DNA of 64,000 bases from Camelus ferus (taxonomy: Eukaryota), in the NCBI RefSeq assembly GCF_009834535.1, contig NC_045697.1:4962001-5026000 (forward strand), read 5' to 3'. Within the stretch, counting starts at the first letter, position 1; each line of letters starts with the position of its first letter. Under the pieces are notes generated by a model. It was not told the origin of the DNA. It saw only the letters and a program-made list of their open reading frames with translations, and ran no database searches. The position numbers and the translations under genes were made by a program. This document shows, piece after piece, positions 51,117 through 63,200 of this stretch.

Positions 51117-51507
51117 TGTATAGTCTGCTTGGGCTGCTGTGACAACACACCGCAGAGAGGGCAAGGAGGGGGTGCTTAAAAACCAGGAATTTACTTCCTC
51201 ATAGTCCTGGAGGCTACAAGCCCAAGACGAAGGTGTGGGCACAGCTGCTTTCCTCTGAGGCCCCTCTCCTGGGCTTACAGACAGGCGTCTTCTTGCTGCG
51301 TCCTCGGATGGTTGTCCCTCTGTTCACGTCTGTGTCCCAAGCCTCCTTTTCTTGTAAGAACACCAGCCATACTGGGTTAGGACCCACCCATACGACCAGT
51401 CCGTCTCCTCTATAAAGGCCCCATCTTCAAATGCAGTCACATTCTGAGGTACTGGGAGTCAGGATTTCAACATATGAATTTTGAGGGACACAATTCAGCT
51501 CACAACA
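51117..51507 (-). mobile_element. MaLR LTR (MLT1A-like), near-perfect 5-bp TSD
   Basis: ccctt|tgtatagtctgcttgggctgc...cagtcacattctgaggtactggg...cacaaca|ccctc. Confidence 0.85.
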
Positions 51508-51668
51508 CCCTCTCATGGAGTTACGTGAAGAGAAGAGAAGCGTCTTGAGCTCTGAGTGGAACAAAAGATGATCTGCCTCCTCTGGGAACTGTTACAAGGC
51601 AACAGAGGTCCAGGAAGAGCCAGGTTCCCTGAAGTCAGAAACGATGTATGTGGTCAGCACAAGGATGA

Positions 51669-51779
51669 GATGTCAGAGAGGGAGGACCCAGTGATGGAGT
51701 TCAAGGATGTTGGAGAGAGGGAGGACCAACTGATGAGTTAAAGGATGTTGGAGAGAGTGAGGACTGAGTGATGGAGTCA
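51669..51779. repeat. Minisatellite, about 3 copies of a 39-40 bp unit
   Basis: gatgt(t/c)(g)gagagag(g/t)gaggacNNNNtgat(g)gagt repeated three times. Confidence 0.75.
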
Positions 51780-53790
51780 CGGGGGCCCTAGAGAAAGGTC
51801 TGGGAAGAAAGGGAATGGGGTTGGGGCACCCAGGGGCAGCATAGAAGCTACTGGTGCAGGTCTTGGGGACCTGGGTTTGAATCCTGCTCTGCCAACTACC
51901 TCATAAGAAGTACAGGAATATCCATTTACAGAATCTCAATAACTGGTTACTCTCAATCTCGCCATTATCACTTACCAGAAAATGTGGGGAGGAGGGAGCT
52001 CGGTTCAGGGCTAAATCCTGAGGTTTCTTCCCCCTGATGCTCCCTTCTCCCTACGCTCTGTATCGACCCCTGAAATCTCTCCAAGCACTCACTATCAGCA
52101 TGGCCCCGAGCTGCTCAGGGGCTTTACCTCTCTCTACAGAGCCGTCATCAGCCATCAGCCACAAAGGCCGGGCAGAGCTGTTGCTGCTTTTGCAGAGTAA
52201 GTATCTTCTGCACAAGGAAAGGGAGTAACGTGCCAAGGTCATGCCAAGATCAACAAGCTAGGGAGGGTCAGAAGCACGAATGAAGCCTGGAGCTTCGGGA
52301 TGGGCTCCATGAACACTTGCAGTCCCAACCCCACGTGCTAAGCCAGGATTTCTCAAAGAAGTCTCCACCAACTCCATCATCAGCACCACCAGCAGCGTGC
52401 TTGACTAAGTAAAAATGCAGACACCAGGGACCCAACCCAGGCAGGAAATCAGACTTTCAGGGCACCTGGCTGGTGGTCTGTTCTGTTGGTGTTGACTTGA
52501 ACCCTCAAATTTGAGGACCATTATGGTGACCATTTGTTTTATGCCCCATCCACCAGTTCCTTCCACGCCCATGTTCCTTTCTGCTCAGCCAGGGCTTCAC
52601 AGAGCATGTGCCATCACCCATGGGGTGCTCCCTGGACAAGAGGACACTAGTGGACATTTCACTTCTGTTCTAATTATCCGAAGTCAACCTGATACGTCTT
52701 GCATCTCTCTGACACTTGCTCATCTTTTAATACAAACAGAGGAGGGCCCAGTTCAGACCTTTGGTAGGGCTCTATAATATAATTTTGTTTTCATTTCTTT
52801 TTCTTTACAGTTACCCTCTATTTAAAGCAAGTGATATTAGTTTCCCCCTTAAAGGAGGACTGCTGTAAAGTTCTCCTTGAAAATAAACACATTAAATGAA
52901 AGAAAAATAAATTGACAAATAAAAATAATAAGGAGGCATTTGGTTGGTGGGGTGATAAGGCAAATATTCTGAGGGCTCTTCGTGGATCTGAAGTTGGGGC
53001 CCATTCCCCTGTTGACTGGGCTGTCTGTCTGTTTGGAAAGCAAGCTGAGAAGCTGAAGTTTATGAAGATAAGTTCTTCATGTTTTACCCCTTGGGTTGCT
53101 GTTTTAGATTTGAGCTCTTTGCTATGCCTAAATGAAAAAATATGAATTTCCACAGTGAAACATCAGGCATCAGGGTCAGGGACTTTTCAGTCTGAGGGAG
53201 TCTGGAGATACAGCACATCATATGGACACCCAGTGACCCCCTCGGATCAAGACTGATCTGGTAGACGGAGCGGTCCTGTCCTCTCAGTCAGCATAAAGAT
53301 GCCGAGAGCCGGCGGGAGGCAAAAGGGCCAGGGGTGCAGGGGGCAGGAGCCCCTTCTTCAGGTGGGAGGACTCAGAGCAGACCTCCCGGAGCTGAGAACC
53401 CACTAGGAGCAGGGGGGTCAAGGGGCTCTGGGCAGGCGGGACACACCAGGGAGACCAGTGCGGGGGGGGGGGCATGGTGGAGGGGGAGGAGGGTGCAGAG
53501 GGCGGGATGGGCGGGGTACACGAGCTAAGTTGTGGGCCAGCAGCAGCTGGTTATGAGGAACGAGGCCCCTGAGCCTGAGTCTGGGCTTTCTGACGAGACT
53601 GGAGGAGAAGACACTGGAGAATTTCTGACACAGTCGCAACTTATTTATTTAGCATTTGAAAAAGACTGTGCTGGACAGAGTGTGGAGGATAAAGGGGAAG
53701 ATAAAGAAGGCGGGAGACCACTGGGAGGGCTGTCAGTGAGATGGGTGAGAAGTGGGTGTGTGGGTGGGTGGGAGAGGAGGGGACAGACAC

Positions 53791-53929
53791 TGAGGGGTGG
53801 AGCTGGTGGGGGAGGGGGAGGGAAGGGGAAGAGGTTAGGAGGGGGAGGTGAAGAGTAGAGGAGGGGAGGGGTGAGAATGGGGAGGAGGGTGGGAGGTGGT
53901 GGGGGAGGGGGAGGGGAGGGGAGGGGTGG
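53791..53929 (+). repeat. G-rich purine tract with G-quadruplex potential
   Basis: More than 10 runs of G3-G5, ending ggggaggggaggggagggg. Confidence 0.75.
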
Positions 53930-54194
53930 CTGCAGATTCTGACCAATAACTTTTGAAGGGGCTAAATGTGCCCTGGGGGCCTCTGCTTCTTCCCACCTTA
54001 TTTTTAATCAACCTGAAGCTGACAAACAGCCACATTTGTGTCAGTTCCCCAGGATCCGTGAGCCCTCACAGAGGAGAAAAGAGGTAAATCTCTCTAAGCG
54101 TTGGCCTTTCTAAGACAAGTAGGATCCCAGCTGGCTCCTGGGCCTTGCCAGTGCTCTGAGTGGTCAGTTCCTGTCTGTCTGCTCTGACAGATGG

Positions 54195-54214
54195 TGAGAG
54201 AGAGAGAGAGAGAG
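54195..54214. repeat. (GA)n microsatellite
   Basis: gagagagagagagagagaga. Confidence 0.85.
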
Positions 54215-54908
54215 AACACGGCTCCGTGCCCTCCTAGGCACACAGGCTCTCATGAGAAGGGAGAGAGGTGGGAGCCAAGGGAACGTGTGATGTCCAACAT
54301 CCCCCTGGAACCCAGCTAGCTTCTCTCGCTCACTTTGTGACCCGACCTAACTTGATGGTTTGAACTTTCTAAGTCTCACTTTCCTCATCTGCAAAGTGGA
54401 GGCAACGATTTCTGCCTCCAAGGAGCCCTGTGAAGCTTAGTGTGATCACAAATAAAAAGAGGACAGCGCGTGCTGGTGGGGCTGAAAGTCAGGCGTGAGG
54501 ATGCGGGAGCTTGGAGAGGGTTTAGGGGAGCATCAGGGCGCACTCCGGCCGGGGCGAGTCTAACTGCAGTGTGGGGGTCCTGCAGGGGCTTCCACTAGGG
54601 GTGGGACATGGTCTGACTTACATTTTGTAGAAGACGGTTTGACACTTTCTAATAAACATGGGGGCCGGCAAGGTGCGTGGGGAGCACAAGAACGTGTGCT
54701 CCAAGCGGACAAGGGTGCTGGGTTTCTGCTCCTCGCTTTGGAAGAGCACCTAGCACAGGGTGAGCGATCAGTAAGTATTCATTCGGTGACTGAACGAGTC
54801 CCCGAGCCAGACAAGGAATAAAAATAGTATGAACCACTGGGACAAAGAGACCCAGACACTTCATACCAAAGGATGAGCTGTCATCTCATGTTTAGAAAGC
54901 AAAGCAGT

Positions 54909-55074
54909 GGGGGAGGGTACAGCTCAGTGGTAGAGCGTGTGCTTAGCATGCATGAGGTCCTAGGCTCAATCCCCAGTACTTTCATTAAAATAAATAAGTA
55001 AATAAATAAACCTAATTACCCCTCCAAACAAACAAACATATATAAATTAATTAATTATTAAAAACATTTAAAAA
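54909..55074 (+). mobile_element. tRNA-derived camelid SINE (Vic-1-like)
   Basis: gggggagggtacagctcagtggtagagcgtgtgcttagcatgcatgaggtcctaggctcaatccccagtac followed by an AT-rich tail. Confidence 0.85.
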
Positions 55075-55559
55075 GCAGCAGAGCAGGCGGAGGAGGTGAT
55101 GGAGGAGCAGGAGGAAGCTCTGATGTCAGTGCTCCCGGAGAGGAGCCCAATGAGCTGGTCACGCACAGAACCTGGGAGACTGTCTGGCCATGGAAGGACC
55201 GGGGCCACTGAAGCTGGGCTGCGCTGGGAGCCGGGGAGCCTACCCTCTGCACCTGGAGCAGGTGGAGGGCAATCCACTCCCAGCCCTGTGCTGTTGGGGC
55301 TCCCACAGGGGGCGCAGAAGTGGGGAGGGGATAAATGAGGGTCTGATTCATTGACTCCTGAGTCCTGGCCCGCGGCCCATCCTCAGAAGCCAGGCCAAGG
55401 TGAACATCACTTGTGAGACCGAGGAGGCCCCAGAGGGAAGCCTTACAGACACTGACACGGCCTGGTCGTCCCCTGGCTGACCCTCTCCACCAGCTCTCAC
55501 TGTCGGATGCTCCGCTGTGGGGCCCTCCACCCCAGCACCGACCAACCAGCTTTTACTGC

Positions 55560-56010
55560 CTCCGTCTTCAATATCAGTGAACAGTCATCAATGATCAGTA
55601 GCCATCTGAGAAAAACCTTCAAACTGAAAAGCAGACGTAAAATAAAAATATAAAGGGACCCCAGAGGAAACAGAAACAAATGAAGGGAAGAGAAAACTTT
55701 AGAATAACTATAATCAATATCCTCAGAGAGGCAGGAGAAGATATTGTGCCCAGAAAACACAATAAGGTGCTATGAAAAAGGAACAATCCGAAAGGAGAAA
55801 CAGCTCTTGGAAACTGAATATCTGACAACTGAAGAAAAAGAGAAAAGAATCAAGAGAAAGGTGGGGGTGATGAAGTCAGGGCAATTTCCCCGAAATTAGA
55901 ATGAAAAGTCCCAGAGATGGAAAATAAGAACAAATTTAAAACCATAGGGGGTCATTCTAGCAAATCCAATATCCAAACAAGAGAGTTCCAGGAAGAGAGC
56001 ACACAGACAG
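55560..56010 (+). mobile_element. Ancient L1 ORF1-region remnant
   Basis: A-rich; aataactataatcaatatcctcagagag, cagctcttggaaact, aatccaatatccaaacaagagagttccagga. Confidence 0.55.
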
Positions 56011-56539
56011 CACGGGGGTTCGCGCTTTCCTGGGAAGGATGTGCGGACACTTGCCAGGGGGCCTGGGTGTGCAGAGGCGCGGTGCTGCAGGACAGAGGGC
56101 TGTCCCCGGGAAGCTGCAAGTCAGTTAGGAGGGCAGACAGGTCCAGTGTGAGCGGAGGGAGTGTGGGCGATGAGGCTGGACAAGCAGGTGGGGGAGGTGG
56201 AAGGGCGTGACTAGCAGGCTGAGCGAGTGAGCCTGGAGCTCCGGGAAGTGAGACCCTGAGCACCACAGCGGGTGGGCGGTGGCTTTAGGACATCCACACA
56301 ACCTCTTCCGGTCTCACTGGACCACAGAAAGAGGAAGTTAGTCTCTATAAATTCCTGTACAGTCCTTCTAATCAGGTCAGAGAGGTGTCTCCTTTTGCGT
56401 CTCGTATCTCTTTAACAATGGACACTTGCGAATATCCCTTTTAACAAAGAAAGAGCAGAAAGCGGGATGCGCACCTTTGACAAGGGGAACATCATTCTGA
56501 TTTCACTACATCCACGCTCATGGGCACCTTGTATCTACG

Positions 56540-56790
56540 ACAAACAACACTGTAAACAGGAGTATATCCTCTCACAGTTCAGGAAGCCACAAGTCCAACG
56601 TCAGCAGGGCCAAACTCCCCCCGAGACCCTAGGGAAGAGCCCTTTCTTGCCTCTTCAGCTTCCGGGGGCTCCAGTTCCTTGGCCCCTGCAGCACGCCAGT
56701 CCCTGCCTCTGTCTTCGTGGCCTCCTCTCTTCTCTGTCTCCGTGTGTCCTTTCTGTCCCTTATAAGGACATCAGCCGTTGGGTTGAGGGC
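56540..56790 (-). mobile_element. Partial MaLR LTR (MLT1)
   Basis: ctctcacagttc...ctagggaagagccctttcttgcctcttcagcttc...cttataaggacatcag. Confidence 0.7.
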
Positions 56791-56791
56791 A

Positions 56792-57199
56792 TGTGAAGGT
56801 CAGTTTTATGTGTTAACTTGACTGGGCCACGGGGTGCCCAGATATCTGGTGAAACACTGTTTCTAGGCGTTTCTGGATGAGGGCAACGTTTAAATTGGTG
56901 GACAGAGGAGAGCAGACTGCCTTCTACAGGACGGGTGAGCCTCAGCTAATCAGTCAAAGTCCCAACTAGAATAACGACTCACCCCCCGGCCCTGAGGGAA
57001 TTCTGCCAGCGGGCTGCCTTCAGGCCCAGCCTGCGACACCGGCTCTTCCCTGGGTCTCCACCCTGCCAGCACATCCAGCAGATTCTGGACATGCCAACCT
57101 CCATAACTGCAGTGGCGAATTCCTGCACAGAAAGCTCTTTGTCTGAGAGCGAGCGCGCGACCTTACTGATTCTGTTTCTCTGAAGAGCCCTGAGTCATC
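56792..57199 (+). mobile_element. ERVL LTR (MLT2-like)
   Basis: tgtgaaggtcagttttatgtgttaacttgactgggccacggggtgcccagatatctgg...tctgtttctctgaagagccctga. Confidence 0.85.
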
Positions 57200-58561
57200 G
57201 TGAGGGAAGTGGGTAGTACTGGATGTGCTTGGACTTTGGGAGTTTGGGATGCTGGCGAGTTGGAAAACTCTGAATATCTGGCTTGAGCACTTGCCACTGT
57301 CCTCCAGCTTCTTGAAGCTTCTCTCCGCGTGTGGCTGCGTGCCGGCGGGGCTCTCTCACCGCTGCCTGTTCTCATTCCTCCGCTGTCGCTCTTTCTGCTG
57401 CGCTCCAGGCGAGGGGGCTCGGGTCAAGGCTTGGCTCTGGCCCTCTGATTTTCCTTTTAAACATTTCCTCCGCCATTCTGTGAATCTTCTTTCCTCTGAT
57501 TGTCTTGAATTTTTGATTTCCAGAGTTGAACCCTTACTAACTTACTAAGTTGTTAAGTTAACTTACGGGGTCTCTGAGCAGATGTCTGCTAAGCAGCACC
57601 TACTATTCACACCTGGACGGTGAGCACTTTGGGGAATAATACAGCAGAGCAGAGCTAGGGGCCAGCCTAGCATCTTTGCCACGGGTAGAGGTTACGCTGG
57701 AAGATGAGGCTTAGCGGGAGGGCCGAAAGGGCCTAGGAACAGAAGACCCACCCACACAGTCTTGGGTAACTCAACCAAGGAAGGTCCCCCCACAGAGAGA
57801 AGACCTGCTTGACTGAACGGAGAACACAGAGAACAGAAGAGCACGCATGCTCTGTGGGCAGAGCTGAGCAGGCCACGACCAGTAAATCTTTCCAAATTAC
57901 TAATCAGATGAGTCACTTGACATTGGAGTCCAGAGGCTCAGAGAGATTATGAGTGACACGAGCTAAGCCCCCTCTGGAGGCAGAAACATCAAGGCTGAGG
58001 GAAGACTAGGCCCACCGATGCCCTGATGCCAGTCAGCTGTCCCGACAGACATGCTGTCCCCTCTCTGCCCAGCTGCTGTCTCCAACAGTCTCAGCTGTCA
58101 CTGGTCAAAATTCCAGATCAACCCACAGACCAGCCACCCTAGTGGGAACGATGAATGGGTTGTGTGATGGCAATTTTAATGCATCAACTTGACTGAGCCA
58201 CGGGGTGCCCAGATACTTGGTCCAGTGTTATCCTGGGTGTGTCTGTGAGGATGGCTTGGGATGAGATTAACCTCTGAGTCAATGGACTGAATAAAGCAGA
58301 TTGCCCACCCTAGTGTGGGTGGGCCTTACCCATCAGTTAAAGGCCTGGAGAGAACCAAAGGGCTGACCTTCCTTCTTGTAAGAGAGATTGTTTCCTGCCT
58401 GCCTTTGACTTTGAACTGAAGTATCAGCTCTTCCTGGGCCTCCAGCCAGCTGGCCCTTGGACTGGTACTTCCACTGGCTCTCCCGCATCTCCACCTCAAG
58501 GACTCGCCTGCAGATCTTGGAACCTGCTCAGCTCCACAGTGAAGTGAGCCAGTTCCATATG

Positions 58562-59188
58562 CAGAGGGTCCCCCACTTACAACGGTTCAACTTAACGATT
58601 TTTTGACTTTACAATTGTGTGAAAGCAATTCGTATGCAATAGAAACCCTACTTCGAAGTTTGGATTTTGATCTTTTCCCAGGCTAGCGGCATGCAATCTC
58701 CTGATTCTGGGCATCCGTGAGCCACAGCCACCAGTCAGCCAAGCGGTCTGATGTCAAACAACTGAAGCGCTTACAACCGTTCTGTACCCAGACAGCCACT
58801 CTGTTTCTCCCCCCAGTACAGTATGCAATAAATTACACGAGCGACTCAACACTTAATTATAAAGTCAGCTTTGTGTTGGATGGTTTTGCCCAGTTGGAGG
58901 CTAACAAGTGTTCTGAGCATGTTTAAGGCAGGCTAAGCTAAGCCATGATGTTTGGTAGGTTAGGTGTATTAAACGCATTTTTAAAAAACTTTTTTTAAGG
59001 CTTTTTTTATTTTGGGGGGGGGGGATTAGGTTTATTTCTTTTTAATGGAGGTACAGGGGATTGAACCTAGGACCTCGTGCATGCTAAGTATGATTCTACC
59101 ATTGAGCTATACCCTCCCCCACAAATGCATTTTTGACTTAAGATGGGTTGATCAGAACATAACCTCATCATAGCTCGAGGAAGATGTG
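58562..59188 (+). mobile_element. MER47/Tigger5-like DNA transposon inside the MLT2
   Basis: cagagggtcccccacttacaacggttcaactta...ggctaagctaagccatgatgtttggtaggttaggtgtattaaa...tcgaggaagatgtg. Confidence 0.8.
58983..59122 (-). mobile_element. tRNA-derived camelid SINE (Vic-1-like) inside the Tigger element, 12-bp TSD
   Basis: Reverse complement gggggagggtatagctcaatggtagaatcatacttagcatgcacgaggtcctaggttcaatcc; TSD aaacgcattttt (58971) / aaatgcattttt (59123). Confidence 0.88.
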
Positions 59189-61019
59189 TGTATCTATCCT
59201 TTTGGTTCTGTTTCTCTGGAGAACCCTGACTAACCCGAATGGTAAAGCTGAACCCATGAGGACTCAGACACTGCAGCTTCATCTTGTTTCTCTGGTTTCT
59301 GGGTGACTCCTGCTCATGCTCCAAATCTGCCTCCTCCCAGAAAGCTTCTCCTGGCTCCACAGGCTGATCCCCCGCCACTGAGATCACATCTTCCAATTAC
59401 TGTGAACAGAGTGCTGGACTCCTCGTCAGCATCCAGCTAGTCATTGTCGGCCTCAAGCAAGTGAAATGAGGATTCACCATTAGGGCCGTGGGTCTCACAT
59501 CTTGAAGGGCCTCTGCCGTGCTGAACCCAATCTTAAACTTTATCACGCTTATGGCAGAAAGCTCAGCTTTCCTGCTCCGCAGCAGGAAATGCCTTACAAA
59601 AACCAGTGTGAATTCAGGGAAGAGGTACAGATGTGTGGTGCAGAGGAAGAGCGGGGAGCATCAGGCTGGTAGGATTCACTTTCTCCAGCTGAGGTCTTGA
59701 GCACAGAGTGTGTAGATGCAGTTATTATTGTAATGATAGGGATGAAGCCGAAATCTTATTAAATAGTCCACTGACCCAGAAAAGATGAGAGCAGAGCTGT
59801 CATCTTCTCCTTTTTAAAAATTCTGAATTTTTTGGTCTAGCGTAGGATGAAACATGGGGTTACTGACAATCTCCTTGGTAGGATGCCAACACGGAACAGG
59901 AATGATGATGTCCAGAATGCAGAACCCGAGCTAAGGGGAGCCAGACACCAGGAGTCCTGGCCAGGCTGGTGCTTCAAGGCCCCTGGAGGGAATAATGGAC
60001 GGCATGGTGTTCTCAGTGGATTCTACGAACAACCCGGCTGGACAGAGACGGCAGGAACGAGGGGGCCCAGGTCTGTGGCACCCCCTCCACCCCCCAGCTT
60101 CCACATTTTCTAGTCTCTTGCTGGTTACTCTGGTCCCCAGTCCTTTGTCTGTATTTCCTTAAACGTAAGCCGTTCCAACTCCTTGGCTCCTCTCTCTTTC
60201 ACAGGGTCAGCCTACTACTGGGTAATTGTATTGTGTTTTCACTCTGGTCCATCTGCTACTGTCTGCAGGGATGAGTGGGGTCAACTCAAGTGCAGCCCAC
60301 ATCCTGGCCTGTTTCCAGGGGTGAAGTGGAGAAATGGCTTGTGCCCCCAGGAGGACAGCTCTGTGTTCGTCTGGGTGTGTCCTGCACAGAGGGGCTCTCC
60401 TCCCCATTAGATAATGCCACCTCCTGGGACCCCACCCCTCCCTGGTCTCCCTGCCCCAAGTTCCATAGACCAGCATCTTGGGAAGGTCACCCACAAAAAT
60501 GTATTTGAAAATACTATATCCACTGTATTCCAAAAAGGTTTGCAATGCAGCTCACACTGAACACACACTACCACTGGACTATGAAGGAAATCATAGCTGA
60601 TAGTGTGAGGCAAATGGACCGCAAGCCCTATGAAACCTGCACCCCCAGCCTACTCGGCACTTTTGCGTGGACTGGACGAGACGCCCCTCCAGATGGAGGT
60701 CACCACCTGTGTCTCAGGCACAAATCCAAATCTTCTTTTGTAAATGACGTTTCACTGTAATGCAGTCACCCCGCTCGCTGATGCACTGTCTATTCCTGCT
60801 TTCACTGCTACGAGGGAGGAGCTGAGCAAAGAGACGAGGACCCCATGACCCACAAGCGTAAAACATGCATTAACTGGTCCTGCAGGTAAACATCTGCACC
60901 GCGAGCTGAGCGCAGCCAGGGCCGGATTCCGGCTTCCCCTCTCTCCGTCTGCGGCCCTGCCTCGTGTTGTTTTCACAACAACTCTGCAAGGGACTTAGGA
61001 CAACAGACAAACTCAAGAA

Positions 61020-61362
61020 TGACAAAGACTTGGCCAAACCTCAGACAGGATCCTCTGAGCCCCCTTTTTGCCCGGAATTCATCCCGGGGCCCTCTCTTTG
61101 GCATGCCAAGTTTTATTTTAGGGAGAATCCTGCAGCTACATTGGTTCAGGGAGAAGACCCCTACTCTTGACATTTCCTTCTAGCAGGCTCCCCTCTGCCA
61201 TCCTCCATTCTGCTCCTCGGCAAGAGTCCCCGCTTGTCTTTGCTGTACTTAGATCTGACCTGATCTCTCTCCTCTGTGGCAGTGGTCTTGACCCCACTGC
61301 AGTGTCCTGAATAAAGTCTTCCTTACCATTCCAGCAAGTGTCAAACGATCTTTTCTTTAACA
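61020..61362 (+). mobile_element. ERV1 LTR (MER31/MER67-like)
   Basis: tgacaaagact..ccaaacctcagacaggatcctctgagccc...ctgaataaagtcttcctt...ctttaaca; TG...CA ends. Confidence 0.7.
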
Positions 61363-62284
61363 GAGGTGAACACCTCACTGGAAGTTCCATCAGTCAGTGA
61401 TGGCACCAGGGCTCCAGTCCCGGCCCTGTGGCAGCCAGCCCAGCATCTTGGCCCTGTTGCACCTGCCTCTCCAGGGGGGAATCCAAGCTCAGGTGTTGCT
61501 TGTACACGCTGAACTCCGGACTTGAGTTTGGGGACCCCTTTGCTTGAATAAAATATTATTTCTTATCTCAGAAGTGTAAACACACCTCTGATTCAGTCTC
61601 AATCATCATCTTTACCCACTGATGCCATTAGTCACTCTTCAGGAATTAAACTCTCTCAAAAGGGCTTCCAAAGAGTTCATTCATTCGTTTATTCATTCAA
61701 AAACACGGCGCTCCTCCAATGTGGCAGGCGTTGAGTCAGCCAGTGAGAATCCCACAGGGAACATGAAGCTGTCTGCAAGAACCTTATGACTGGTGAACTG
61801 GTCCAATCAACCCTGGTTAATGTGCTTGTTCATAGCTACCTGGCCCATTTGGCTGGTGTCTAGGAAACACACCTAACAGGATCATGACTGAGATCTCCAC
61901 GTGGCCTGAGAACTGGCCACCAGGTCCAAGAAGTGGACTCAGCAAGTGTGGGCACAGTTGGTCTGACCTCCAGCTGCCTTTGCACCCCGCCCCCCAAATC
62001 CTCATATAGGAAGACGGGTGAGGGTAGAGAGTGAGACCCCTCACGCATGACATGCCAGCTTGGAGAAGGAGCCCACGGACATGGGAAGAGGTGCCCCTAC
62101 CTTCTGAAGCCAAGAAAGGGCCTAGGAGACCCACAGCAGAGATCAGAGCTGCCTGCAAGAACAGGTGAACGAACGGCATTTTGGTCCCCTGGTTGCAGGT
62201 CTGCTCAGACAGTGAGCCTGCTTCTTGCCCTTGTGCTGACCTGAACAGGGGCAAGAATGAGAGTGAGAGACATGGACCCATTAG

Positions 62285-62760
62285 ATGGATTTAGGTTTGG
62301 CCCCTAGATAATGATGGCTGGACAAAAGAAAGAAGTTTCTTTCTCTGCCGTGTAGAAATCTAGAGGTAGGCGACTGAGAGCCACCACAGCAGCTGGGCGT
62401 CGTGAAGTCTCTGGGGAACCAGGTTCTCGGTAGCTCCCCACTCTGTCACCCCCAGGGCGTGGATTTCCATCCCCTAGGATGGGGCTCCAGGTGTCCTGTC
62501 TCCATCAAAGCAGCCAGGTGGAAGAGAGGTGGAGGAAGAGGCAAAGAGTGTCAACATGGCTCATCAGAAGGTTCCTGGAAGTTGCCTTTGATATTTCTGC
62601 TCACATCTCATTGGCCAGCGCCCAGTCCCATGATCACAGCTAACACAAGGCAGGCAGGCAACGTGGTGTTTGTTTGGAACAGCCACGTGCCCAGCTACCA
62701 CTGAACGCCGTGGGCCACGGGAAGACCAGACACTGGGCACAATTTACCGATTTTGCCACA
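62285..62760 (-). mobile_element. Old MaLR LTR (MLT1J/K-like)
   Basis: ttctgctcacatctcattggccag...gccacgtgcccagcta. Confidence 0.55.
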
Positions 62761-62999
62761 GTGGGAAAGAGGAAGAGAATAGTGGGCGGGCAGCCCTCTC
62801 CCTCCCAGCGTCTAACACAGAAAGGATGCGTGAGTCTCCTGTGCAGTGTCCCCGGGGGACACCAGCAGTGAGTTTTGGGAATGCCCTTCAGAGGACAGGA
62901 ACAGAAGGAGGGGGAAGAAGGAAGGGCTGCTCTGAAACTCCCATGTCAGGGCCCTGCCAGACCCTCCCGAGGGACTCACTCATGCCCATGGGAGACGAG

Positions 63000-63200
63000 G
63001 CCACCTGCCACCAGGCCGGCCTGGGTCACCTCCCTTCTGACCTTGGGCATCGTGCTGCGCCTCTGCCTGAGTTTCCTCATTTATAACTTGGGGATAATGA
63101 CAGATCTAATTGAAGGGGGTGTTGTGAGCATTAAGTAAGTTCTTGAATGCAAATCCCTTAGCACCCGACCTGACCCGTGGTGAGCCTGCCGTGGTTATTA
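63000..63200 (+). mobile_element. MIR SINE
   Basis: tgaccttgggca...ctctgcctgagtttcctcatttataacttggggataat...gttgtgagcattaa. Confidence 0.75.

Larger units (their letters stand above)
58163..59236 (+). mobile_element. ERVL LTR (MLT2-like), split by nested insertions
   Basis: 5' part 58163-58560; 3' end ggttctgtttctctggagaaccctgactaa resumes at about 59190. Confidence 0.85.

Noticed and set aside
52379..52399. REST/NRSE-like tcagcaccaccagcagcg
   Set aside because: The critical GGA of the right half-site is missing, and the site lies in MER5-like sequence
54909..54985. tRNA-Ala-like sequence
   Set aside because: Has the SINE head, AT-rich tail and related dispersed copies; it is a SINE, not a tRNA gene
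57200..57530. Purine-rich minus-strand stretch resembling a coding exon
   Set aside because: No recognisable protein; more like a degraded L1 ORF1-type fragment
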